From Sedimentisphaeraceae bacterium JB056 (GTDB lineage: Bacteria; Planctomycetota; Phycisphaerae; Sedimentisphaerales; Sedimentisphaeraceae): a stretch of DNA of 64,000 nucleotides. A program made the position numbers and the translations under genes. Each line of letters begins with the position of its first letter. Position 1 is the first letter of the stretch. Location of the stretch: contig JBITAJ010000009.1 in the NCBI GenBank assembly GCA_044440125.1, positions 1-64,000 on the forward strand. Direction: 5' to 3'. This document shows positions 1 through 8,296 of the stretch, one piece after another. The notes beneath the pieces were generated by a model, which made no database searches, was not told the DNA's origin, and saw only the letters and a list, made by a program, of their open reading frames with translations.

Positions 1-198
1 GCAGATCAGGCATGTTGTCATAGACAGAAAGATTACTCAGGGTACGCGCGGAGACTCAGGTATTCGCTGGTGCGAACGTATCTGGAGTACAATCGCAACC
101 TGCAAAAAACAGAACCGAGATGTGTTCGATTTCCTTCATCAGTCAGTACTTGCCCACTGGAATAATAATCAACTTCCTTCACTGCTGTGAACGGTTAC
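1..198 (+). mobile_element. 3' end of an IS66-family insertion sequence (right terminal inverted repeat ends at 198)
   Basis: Transposase C-terminus ends at 190, followed by ...GTGAACGGTTAC (reverse complement GTAACCGTTCAC). IS66 ends begin with GTAA. Predicted 8-bp target duplication AGTCTCAC at 199-206. Confidence 0.8.
2..190 (+). CDS. IS66-family transposase, C-terminal part (runs in from the window edge; absent from ORF track)
   Basis: Frame 2 reads QIRHVVIDRKITQGTRGDSGIRWCERIWSTIATCKKQNRDVFDFLHQSVLAHWNNNQLPSLL*, typical of the IS66 TnpC tail after the NNxAERxLR motif. Confidence 0.85.
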   Translation, partial: QIRHVVIDRKITQGTRGDSGIRWCERIWSTIATCKKQNRDVFDFLHQSVLAHWNNNQLPSLL

Positions 199-323
199 AG
201 TCTCACGGTTTTTGGAAAAAACTGGAATTTCATGGTATTATCTTGCTGTTTTCGCTACCGAAAGGCTATAAATCCGGTTTAAACCATACAAACATGAACT
301 AATTTAACGCAAAGACGCTAATT

Positions 324-434
324 AATTACGAATTTAGAATTAGGAATTAGGAATTGTATGGATAGCAGTTCGTAGTTCGTAGTTCGCAGATAGTGGCGAT
401 AGGAATTTAGAATTAGGGATTACGAATTAGGAAT
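324..434. repeat. Degenerate 7-bp tandem repeat arrays (AATTAGG-like and TAGTTCG-like)
   Basis: aattacg-aatttag-aattagg-aattagg; cagttcg-tagttcg-tagttcg; aatttag-aattagg-gattacg-aattagg. Confidence 0.85.
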
Positions 435-531
435 GGTGGGGGTTTCGCTTTTGCTCACTATTTTTTATGGCTTACGCCGTGATATGGTTGCTACCCGCTC
501 CTTGCCAGTCGCGGTACTGTAGGAGGGGGTG

Positions 532-740
532 TTATTTTGTTGTAGTGAATTCAACCCATTGCCCCATTTCGATTTTGGAGACTTTCCAGCTGGCATCAGT
601 CCATGCGGGTGAGTGTACTTGTCCGCTGTTAGACCACCACGGTCTGTGCATATATATGCTGATTTTGCCAGTTTATTGCCTAATATTTCTTCTATTCCGT
701 TGTATGTCAGCCGTATGTTTCCAGTTAGAATATTGTGCAT
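532..740 (-). pseudogene. Frameshifted small protein, DUF7662-like
   Basis: MHNILTGNIRLTYNGIEEILGNKLAKSAY, then after a 2-nt slip near 650, HRPWWSNSGQVHSPAWTDASWKVSKIEMGQWVEFTTTK*. Family recalled from the EIExILGxxLxxSA / WWSN / AWxxxxWKV pattern. Confidence 0.6.
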
Positions 741-989
741 AAGTGATTGTTAATAATGATGTTAAACAGTCAAAAAAAGAGACCTGACCCCTTTAATTCC
801 TCGTTAGACCACCAGGGTCTATGAATATATGCTGATTTTGCAGTTTATTGTCTAATATTTTTTCTATTCCGTTGTATTTCAGCCGTATGTTTCCAGTTAG
901 AATATTGTGTATAAGTGATTGTTAATAATGATGTTAAACAGCCAAAAAAAGAGACCTGACCCCTTTAATTCCATGACCCCTTTAATTCC
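628..989. repeat. Imperfect tandem duplication of about 170 bp (628-800, 803-972) plus a 16-bp third fragment (974-989)
   Basis: Both copies start GTTAGACCACCA and end GAGACCTGACCCCTTTAATTCC. TGACCCCTTTAATTCC occurs once more. Confidence 0.95.
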
Positions 990-1131
990 ACGGTAAACCG
1001 GCGTCTCTACGTTGGGTGTTTTTCTCATCTGTATAAAAAACTACGTAAAAACATTTTAATCAAAACCTGAGTCGGGGCAAGATAATTATGGTTGGCGGAA
1101 CCGACGATAACCATCATTAAGGGATTTTTAT

Positions 1132-1205
1132 ATAAAATTTCAATTAATTCCCATTTATGATTATGTAAAAAATATTGATTTATCGTTGGTTTAATGCGAT
1201 AATGG
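1132..1205 (+). repeat. About 74-bp direct repeat, copy 1, containing a sigma70-type promoter
   Basis: Near-identical to 3473-3545. TTGATT(1175-1180)-17 bp-GATAAT(1198-1203) with extended -10 TG. Confidence 0.9.
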
Positions 1206-1327
1206 GTTAGTAAAATTTGCAGAGAATAAGGATAAGCCTACGTTTGACATTTAAATAAATTTACAGATATAAAAGTTAGAGCAATTTTAGTGTGTAATTT
1301 TCAGCCAAAATTATATAAGGAACTACA

Positions 1328-3172
1328 GTGGAGTTGGAAAACAAGGAATTTGAATCGCTGAACATTAAGATCGGAACACTGATTTCCAGTTATAAACCTA
1401 CTGTAGATGTAAATTCTGACGGTTTTGATATTCGTTCAAATTTACGAAAATTTAGCCATTTATTGTTATTATTCCCATTCTTTGTTCCGATAATTTTAGC
1501 TTTCGTTGCATACATACTTTTTCCGGAAACCTTTGAACTCGAAAATAAACTACGAATTATCATACCCTTTATAGTAAGTATAGGATTGATTATTTTTCTA
1601 TTTAGAGGGCTAATAGTTCGTTATAGCTTGCGATATAGGATAGAAAATGGGTTTCTGGAAATATGCAGTTCTTATTTCTTTAAGCCAATTAAAACACGGC
1701 TTCAATTGCAGAATCTCACCTTTAAAATTTATCAACAGAAAGGTAATCATAAGAGATTTATGCTTAGACATGGAACCTATGTTTTTTCCTTTTATGATTC
1801 ACAAAATGAGCAAAGAGGCGAATATATCATTGCAGTATATACAAAACGCAAAGATATAATAAGGCTTTACGAAACTTTTAAGCCCTTTTATCCAGTCAAA
1901 ATCGACAAGGAATTATTAGAGCCTGAAAAGAAATCCAATATCAGTACGTCTGATATATGGGAACTTATGTCTTACAAAACCATCAGGACTCCATTTTTTT
2001 TGATAGCATCAGCTTTTCCAGCCACAGGTGTATGCGTAGCCAAAAGAAGAAACAGATGCATCATAAAACCAGCAAAATCTTATTGGGTAGAACCTGTCAT
2101 TTCTTTTGCCACAGGAGTCTTTTTAGGAACAATTATTCTTTATTCTCTTATTGCGGGTTCAGAAGATTTCGACCCTTCAAAAGTTTCAGATATTGTATTA
2201 TCAATAGTTATATCTATGTTAGCCATATTTTGTTGCTTCTATGGCATTCTGAAAGCGTATAAAAGAAATAAAATCGTATTTGATTCAATCGAGAAGACAA
2301 TAACAATAACATACTTCGAAGGGCTTTCAAAAAAGACACTCACACTAAGCCGTGAACAAACAATATACAAGAAATATGTCATTGACCTTAAACATTCAAA
2401 AGAAGCCCTCAAACCGGGAAATACGGTACTTGCCATATCTAAACCACACAGTGATTTTGACATCATCCTAATCGCCAGTGATAGGGAGGATACAATACAG
2501 GAAGTCGATAATGTTATACTTAGTTTTTGCAATAATCAATATTGCCAAATTAGAGAAAATTTCGAATATATTGAACTTCACGATGGCAGGAAAATAAAGT
2601 TTTCAAAATCAAGACTAAAAGACGATGATGTTTTAAGTAATTTAAGATTCAAAATAGTCAATGAAAATATTGCCACATTGATGCGACCTGAATCCTATCT
2701 GTTTTATTCCATAATACCAATTCCAGTTGGAGTCGCTTTGATTATAAGCTTTTGGATAAGTGCAGAAAAGGAAAATATCGGTATGAACATTTTTATAACA
2801 GTTATTGGGCTCTTAATGTTTACTACAGGTTGTGCTGCGACATGGCAATTTTTCAAAAATCGGACTCTAAATTTCGACAAAACAAACAATAGCGTATATT
2901 GTGCCCCTTTTGCTGATGCAAAGAAAATCATAAAACAAGAATGCCTTGTTTCAGAAATAGCAGCATTGCAGGTTTGCGCATCAACATCTAACTCAAAAAA
3001 TGGGAAAAGATGTTTAAGTCAAACTTTATTTCAGATGAACGCCATAATGAATAGAGGTAAAGATGATGATAGAGAAACCATTATTACAGCCTCTAACTCC
3101 GTCAAAATATACAAAATTGCTCAAAATCTAAGCAGTTTTCTTGAGATACCTCTAATTGATAGTGTTAAATGA
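1328..3172 (+). CDS. Hypothetical multi-pass membrane protein (614 aa, AT-rich)
   Basis: GTG start after AAGGAA. Three pairs of hydrophobic helices, each followed by a soluble beta-rich segment. Confidence 0.8.
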   Translation: MELENKEFESLNIKIGTLISSYKPTVDVNSDGFDIRSNLRKFSHLLLLFPFFVPIILAFVAYILFPETFELENKLRIIIPFIVSIGLIIFLFRGLIVRYSLRYRIENGFLEICSSYFFKPIKTRLQLQNLTFKIYQQKGNHKRFMLRHGTYVFSFYDSQNEQRGEYIIAVYTKRKDIIRLYETFKPFYPVKIDKELLEPEKKSNISTSDIWELMSYKTIRTPFFLIASAFPATGVCVAKRRNRCIIKPAKSYWVEPVISFATGVFLGTIILYSLIAGSEDFDPSKVSDIVLSIVISMLAIFCCFYGILKAYKRNKIVFDSIEKTITITYFEGLSKKTLTLSREQTIYKKYVIDLKHSKEALKPGNTVLAISKPHSDFDIILIASDREDTIQEVDNVILSFCNNQYCQIRENFEYIELHDGRKIKFSKSRLKDDDVLSNLRFKIVNENIATLMRPESYLFYSIIPIPVGVALIISFWISAEKENIGMNIFITVIGLLMFTTGCAATWQFFKNRTLNFDKTNNSVYCAPFADAKKIIKQECLVSEIAALQVCASTSNSKNGKRCLSQTLFQMNAIMNRGKDDDRETIITASNSVKIYKIAQNLSSFLEIPLIDSVK

Positions 3173-3472
3173 ATTAGAAAGAAACGAAACGGAAGCAGCA
3201 CTTTTAATTATGATTTACTGTTTTTTTGTTTTACCATGAAGATAATGAAGAAATTGAAGATAAGATATAATATAATACATTTAACTTAACCGGCTGAATA
3301 GTAACAAAAAAGTTTACGAAAGAATCATTATGTCAAAGCAACGAACAAAGAAAAAAAAGAAAGAAAAAGAGCTTGTCTCTTGGCTTCGCAAAGTAAATAA
3401 AAATTCCGTTGATACAAAAGTGCGATATATAACTCCCAAAACACAAACGGAAAATGAAGATTAAGCTTTATC

Positions 3473-3545
3473 ATAAAATTTCAAGTAATTCCCATTTATG
3501 ATTATGTAAAAATGTTGATTTATCGTTGGTTTAATGCGATAATGG
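3473..3545 (+). repeat. About 73-bp direct repeat, copy 2, containing a sigma70-type promoter
   Basis: Near-identical to 1132-1205. Lies upstream of the DUF167 gene. Confidence 0.9.
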
Positions 3546-3560
3546 TATAAAAGAAGATAA

Positions 3561-3639
3561 AAGTTCATGGTTCGTAGTTCGCAGTTCGCAGAGAATGAGG
3601 CAAAGCCGCTACTAACTTCGAACTACGAACTAACAACTT
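3561..3639. repeat. Inverted pair of 7-bp repeat arrays
   Basis: aagttca-tggttcg-tagttcg-cagttcg ... ctaactt-cgaacta-cgaacta-acaactt. Confidence 0.85.
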
Positions 3640-3646
3640 AAATTAC

Positions 3647-3937
3647 ATGAGCATTGACATAACAAACATTGAAGGTGGTATTAGTTTTTGCGTTAAGATA
3701 GTTCCCGGCAGCAGCCGTACGAGCATTGAAGGTGCTCTTGGGAACATGCTTAAGATCAAGGTTGCCGCTGCGCCTGAGAAAGGCAAAGCCAACAAGGAGC
3801 TGACAGCGTTTCTTGCTAAAAAGCTTGGTGTACGAAAAAGTGATATCGAAATCACTTCGGGCAAGACCAACCCCGTGAAAACAATAGAAATTAAGAACAT
3901 TGATGCAAATTCTGTTGTATCAATAATTGACAATTAA
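3647..3937 (+). CDS. DUF167 (YggU/UPF0235) family protein
   Basis: VKIVPGSSRTSI...LKIKVAAAPEKGKANKEL...LGVRKSDIEITSG signature. Confidence 0.92.
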   Translation: MSIDITNIEGGISFCVKIVPGSSRTSIEGALGNMLKIKVAAAPEKGKANKELTAFLAKKLGVRKSDIEITSGKTNPVKTIEIKNIDANSVVSIIDN

Positions 3938-4118
3938 TAATTAATAATGGATAATTGAGGAATTCATAAAGAAGTTTTCAGTTCGTAGTTCGCATCGAAA
4001 AGGTGTTCATAAATGTCCACTGATATTTTATGGGCCTGCGTCAAACGGTAAACTAAAGGCTTCTTGTGTCATGGGAGTGAGCCCATGTTAGATTTATTCA
4101 AACTGAAAGGAACGAATC

Positions 4119-5039
4119 ATGGCAGGTAAAGTAGGAAAAATAGTCAAATTTATACTTATAGGGATATTGTTCCTTATAATCGTCCTTGTTATATTGTTCA
4201 AGATAAAGGGTGAGGAAATCATCGCGACAGCGGCTGAAACCGCCGGAACAAAGGCTCTCAATGTAGCGGTCAACATCGATGATATGGATCTCAAAATACT
4301 TGGCGGCGAAGGTGCAATCAAAGGTTTATCTATCGCCAACCCGGCAGGATTCAACAATCCATTCCTTATGCAGATGCAGGAGGGACAGGTAAAGGTGAAA
4401 ATAAAGTCATTATTGAGCGACACCATAGTTGTAGACAAAATACATCTGGATAACCTTCATGTCACCTTTGAGCAAAAAGGGCTTACATCAAATATAAAGG
4501 TCATCACGGATAATATCAAAAAGAGTCAGCCGGCCGAAGAAGAGAAACCGGAACCGGAAGCAGAGGAAAAAGCCGGCAAGAAGGTGGTAATCTCAGATTT
4601 GCAGATTACAAACGCCAAACTCAGCATAAAACTTCTGCCGGTACCAGGTAAATCTGACACTGTAACTATTCCGCTTCCGACCATTTCAATGCAAGATATA
4701 GGCAAGGGAGATGATGAGAATATGAGCTTTGAGGATGTAGTAGAGCTGATATTCGTCAAAATATCAGAAGCGATCGCTACAGTAGGCAGCGGCGTAATAC
4801 CTGATGATCTCTTAGGCCCGCTAAATAACTCACTAAAAGGCGCGGTTGACGCTTTAGGCACTGCCGGTGAAGGAATTATAAGCAGCGGAAGCAAGATACT
4901 TGAAGGCGGCACCGATGCAGGCAAAGCCGTTGGCGAAAAGGCTACAGAGGCCGGAAAAACAATAACTGAGGGAGCTTCTAAAACGCTTGAAGGAATAGGT
5001 AATATCTTCGGCGGCAAAAAAGAAGAGGAAGAAAAGTAG
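4119..5039 (+). CDS. AsmA/DUF748-like membrane-anchored protein
   Basis: N-terminal TM anchor, GLSIANPAGF motif, low-complexity Gly/Ala/Lys tail; RBS AAGGAA. Confidence 0.7.
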   Translation: MAGKVGKIVKFILIGILFLIIVLVILFKIKGEEIIATAAETAGTKALNVAVNIDDMDLKILGGEGAIKGLSIANPAGFNNPFLMQMQEGQVKVKIKSLLSDTIVVDKIHLDNLHVTFEQKGLTSNIKVITDNIKKSQPAEEEKPEPEAEEKAGKKVVISDLQITNAKLSIKLLPVPGKSDTVTIPLPTISMQDIGKGDDENMSFEDVVELIFVKISEAIATVGSGVIPDDLLGPLNNSLKGAVDALGTAGEGIISSGSKILEGGTDAGKAVGEKATEAGKTITEGASKTLEGIGNIFGGKKEEEEK

Positions 5040-5078
5040 CCAAAACAGTAAAAAAAATCACATAAAGCAAACTTTCAG

Positions 5079-5114
5079 AGGGCATCAGGCTATTAACGCA
5101 TGATGCCCTTTTTT
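5079..5114 (+). terminator. Rho-independent terminator
   Basis: AGGGCATCA/TGATGCCCT stem followed by a T run. Confidence 0.75.
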
Positions 5115-5225
5115 CTGTTTATAACAACGCCGCATAGCTTTCCGGCCCGCATACCTGCTTTTCAGGGCGAAAAAATGTAAGTTAGATGCGATTGGCGGCC
5201 GAAAACTCTAATTTTCAATTGGTAA

Positions 5226-5253
5226 TTGAATAGTTGCCGTTTTTTGTTATAAT
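5226..5253 (+). promoter_or_regulatory. sigma70-type promoter of pheT
   Basis: TTGAAT-16 bp-TATAAT with TGn extension. Confidence 0.6.
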
Positions 5254-5301
5254 CCCGACTTTTAATCGTTTTTTAATTTCAGATTAAACCGGTAATATAA
5301 A

Positions 5302-7317
5302 ATGAAGATATCATTAGAGTGGTTAAAAGAATATATAGATATTGACATGTCCGCAGAGCAGATCGCAGATATCATGAGCGACCTCGGCTTTCCGGCAGAA
5401 GAAATAGTCAAGCTTGACGACGGCGATACTATGATCGACTTTGAGGTCACCAGTAACCGCGGAGATTGCCTCAGCTACATAGGCATTGCCCGCGAACTGT
5501 CTGTCTCTACAGGCCAGCCTCTCAAGCTTCCTGATGTCAGTTTTGATGAAATTGACAATGAAGCAAGCGAATTCGTAGACGTCAACATCGCTGAGCCTGA
5601 GCTTTGCAACCGTTATACGGCACGATATATCACAGATGTCAAGATCGGCCCTTCACCTGACTGGATGGTACGAAGACTTGAGGCAAGCGGCGTCCGAAGT
5701 GTCAACAACGTAGTAGACGCTACAAACTACGCAATGCTTGAAACAGGCCAGCCGCCCCACGCCTTTGACTATGATAAGCTTGAAGGTGAGAAAATCTTTG
5801 TCCGCAAAGCCGCCAATGGCGAAAAAATTGTATCTATCGACCACACCGAATGCGAACTCAAGTCTGACATGCTCGTGATCGCTGATGAAAAGCGGCCGGT
5901 AGCAATCGCGGGTGTGATGGGCGGAGCCGATACGGAAGTCAGCGAGACAACAACAAATGTCCTGCTTGAAGAAGCACAATTCGACCCGGTAACTGTTCGC
6001 ACCGCCGCACGTGGTCTGGTACTCGGTTCAGAGGCCTCTTTCCGTTTTGAGCGTCATGTAGACACACAAATGATAGACTGGGCTTCAAGACGAACCGCAA
6101 AACTTATCACAATGGTAGCCGGCGGCAAAGTGGCCAAAGGCCTCGTTGACAGCTATCCTGTAAAAAACGAAAAGCCTAAAGTTTCAATGCGTCTCTCACG
6201 TCTTGAAAAACTTCTTGGTTTCCAAATTGATAACGACTTCTTACTGAAATCATACACAGCACTGGGCCTTGAGCCGCAGCTAAATGAATCAGAAGGTATT
6301 TTCAATTGCCAGTGTCCTACATGGCGAACAGACATCAGCCGTGAGGTTGATCTTATAGAAGAAGCCGTGCGAACATATGGATATAACAATATACCGGTCA
6401 ATACCAAGATCAATATCGAGGTAATCAATCCGGATGAAAGAAGCAGCTGCATAAAAAAATGTACAGACTTCCTGAATGCTTGCGGATTCTTTGAGACTCT
6501 CGGAATAACCTTCACTGATGAAGATACCGCAAAGCTCTTTACCGGCAAAACAATCAAAGAACATATGACTGTGCGTGAGGACATCCGCAAGAGCGCAAAT
6601 CTGCTTCGCCAGACACTGATAGGCACTCTTGCCGCAAATGTCAAATCCAACAGGAATGTCGGAAACACCGGGTGCAAATTCTTCGAGATAGCAGACACCT
6701 TTGAGATGCCGGCCGGCAACCTTGAAGAAAAAACGAAACTCGCCTTGATCTGCGAAGAGGACATCAGACTTCTTCGCGGCGTAATCGAAGGGCTTATAAA
6801 GAAATTCGACAGAACTGCGGTTCTCGAGTTCAAAGAAACAGAACTGCCATGGTCCGAGACCGGAGCACAGGTATTGGTAAACAGCAAACCAATAGGCGTA
6901 TGCGGAAAAATGAGCAAGCAGGTTTGCAAGCAACTCGGAATCAAAGACTTGCAGCCAAGCGCTCTGGAAATTGAGTTTGATACGATTCTCGATATCTCTG
7001 GTAAGGTATTCAAGATTGAACACCTGCCAAAATTCCCATCAGTAGTAAGGGACATATCGATAATTGTTGACGAGCAGGTGCTATGGAAAAATATAGAGGA
7101 AGATGTAAAGAAAAACGCTCCCGATACGCTCGAGAAAATAAGCTTCGTTGACCTTTACAGGGGTAAGCAAATACCTAACGGTAAAAAAAGTGTCACACTT
7201 ACAATGACATTCCGTGATGACGATGGAACTTTAACGCACGAACAGGTAGACACTTACGAGAAACCTATAATCGAGGCCCTTTCAAAGACTTTTGGCGCAG
7301 AGCTTAGAAGCGCATAA
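5302..7317 (+). CDS. pheT: Phenylalanine--tRNA ligase beta subunit (short form, lacking the B2 OB-fold)
   Basis: MKISLEWLKEY, NRGDCLS, NNVVDATNY, SEASFRFER, DLIEE and C-terminal FDX-ACB (RDISI, DLYRG). Confidence 0.97.
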   Translation: MKISLEWLKEYIDIDMSAEQIADIMSDLGFPAEEIVKLDDGDTMIDFEVTSNRGDCLSYIGIARELSVSTGQPLKLPDVSFDEIDNEASEFVDVNIAEPELCNRYTARYITDVKIGPSPDWMVRRLEASGVRSVNNVVDATNYAMLETGQPPHAFDYDKLEGEKIFVRKAANGEKIVSIDHTECELKSDMLVIADEKRPVAIAGVMGGADTEVSETTTNVLLEEAQFDPVTVRTAARGLVLGSEASFRFERHVDTQMIDWASRRTAKLITMVAGGKVAKGLVDSYPVKNEKPKVSMRLSRLEKLLGFQIDNDFLLKSYTALGLEPQLNESEGIFNCQCPTWRTDISREVDLIEEAVRTYGYNNIPVNTKINIEVINPDERSSCIKKCTDFLNACGFFETLGITFTDEDTAKLFTGKTIKEHMTVREDIRKSANLLRQTLIGTLAANVKSNRNVGNTGCKFFEIADTFEMPAGNLEEKTKLALICEEDIRLLRGVIEGLIKKFDRTAVLEFKETELPWSETGAQVLVNSKPIGVCGKMSKQVCKQLGIKDLQPSALEIEFDTILDISGKVFKIEHLPKFPSVVRDISIIVDEQVLWKNIEEDVKKNAPDTLEKISFVDLYRGKQIPNGKKSVTLTMTFRDDDGTLTHEQVDTYEKPIIEALSKTFGAELRSA

Positions 7318-7323
7318 TTTTGT

Positions 7324-7352
7324 TTGAAATAGGGGTAGCGTTGCGTTATAAT
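7324..7352 (+). promoter_or_regulatory. sigma70-type promoter of 6S RNA
   Basis: TTGAAA-17 bp-TATAAT. Confidence 0.8.
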
Positions 7353-7365
7353 ACACTTAGAAAAT

Positions 7366-7552
7366 AACCCCTGCGGTGTTCGAGACGTAGAGCGTATTTT
7401 GGAGAACCGATGTTACTTATCCGGGAACCCTGACGGTCTCTGCTGAAGAAAAAGCCTGCCTTGACAGGACTTTCAACAGCTTAGAACAGGGTGCCCACTT
7501 TGAATTGCAAGGGTTCTTGCAATCGGCTCTGCGGACGGCACTCGCGGAGGTT
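7366..7552 (+). ncRNA. ssrS: 6S RNA
   Basis: About 185-nt rod. 5' CCCCTGCGGTGTTCG pairs with 3' GACGGCACTCGCGGAGG, GAACC with GGTTC, GGGAACCCTG with CAGGGTGCCC. Has its own promoter and terminator and lies downstream of pheT, a common ssrS context. Ends approximate. Confidence 0.85.
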
Positions 7553-7565
7553 TTTTACTGAAAAT

Positions 7566-7595
7566 AAGGGCGGTCGAAAGACTCGCCCTTTTTTT
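7566..7595 (+). terminator. Rho-independent terminator
   Basis: AAGGGCG-GTC-GAAA-GAC-T-CGCCCTT plus T run. Confidence 0.85.
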
Positions 7596-7807
7596 ATGCA
7601 GCTCAAAACCCGATTTCTCTTCAACCGATCTTTTCATCACAGGAGGCAGATAATAAATTTGCTTTAAAAAAATATTGTGATAAACTTTAGGAGTGGAATA
7701 GAAGATAAAGGCGTTATTATAGTCCCCCAACTGCGATAAGAAACTCAGCATATATCGCCAAATTATCATCTACGACAATTGCGTTTATTAATTTACGAAA
7801 TATATAA

Positions 7808-8296
7808 ATGGAATATGATTTCATAGATGTCGTAACGGGTGAGCTGAAGTACAAGACAAGTGAAGGAGTACTTAGGTCTTCAGCCATTGGGTCGTGCATC
7901 GTTGTAGCATGCTATGAGCAAGATATTAAACTTGGTATCATGGCTCATATAATGTTGCCCGGTGCTTGTCCAGACAATTCCGAGAGAAATTATCGGTATG
8001 CGGAAAATGCCATAGACGGAATAATAGAAGTTTTAAGTTCCTACGATTGCTGTCCGGAACAAGTAAAAACCTTTCTCGTGGGAGCCGGTAACGTCCTTAA
8101 AAAAGAAAACGACACTATCTGTAAAGACAATATAAAATCAGTGGAGTCTCTATTGCAGAAAAGAAGTTTCAAAATTACTGATCAGATATTAGGTGGTTTT
8201 CAAAGAAAGAGCATAAGGATGGATATCGCTACAGGGGCAGTATATTATACTATAGGCGATGAAAATGAAAAAGCCTTATACAAAAAAGATATTTAA
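7808..8296 (+). CDS. cheD: CheD-family glutamine deamidase (no chemotaxis genes in window)
   Basis: IGSC(30)IVV and MAH(47)IMLP give the Cys-His dyad. Also YAENAI, LVGAGNV, DQILGGFQRKSI. Confidence 0.9.
   Translation: MEYDFIDVVTGELKYKTSEGVLRSSAIGSCIVVACYEQDIKLGIMAHIMLPGACPDNSERNYRYAENAIDGIIEVLSSYDCCPEQVKTFLVGAGNVLKKENDTICKDNIKSVESLLQKRSFKITDQILGGFQRKSIRMDIATGAVYYTIGDENEKALYKKDI

Noticed and set aside
120..302. 60-aa ORF
   Set aside because: Out of frame with the IS66 transposase tail and crosses the IS end; no recognisable motif.
734..914. Two DnaA-box matches (TGTGCATAA 734-742, TGTGTATAA 906-914) as oriC
   Set aside because: They are one site copied by the tandem duplication, within a gene relic, with no box cluster.
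324..989. Possible CRISPR array or integron attC sites
   Set aside because: Repeats are 7-bp tandems or a 170-bp duplication without unique spacers. No cas or integrase gene, and no convincing RYYYAAC...GTTRRRY pair.
6153..7055. Long antisense ORFs (also 4526-5017, 9407-10111, 28828-29451, 61224-62030)
   Set aside because: Shadows of well-supported genes on the opposite strand; no motifs.
7473..7899. Minus-strand ORFs over the 6S RNA and cheD start
   Set aside because: They conflict with the better-supported RNA, terminator and cheD.
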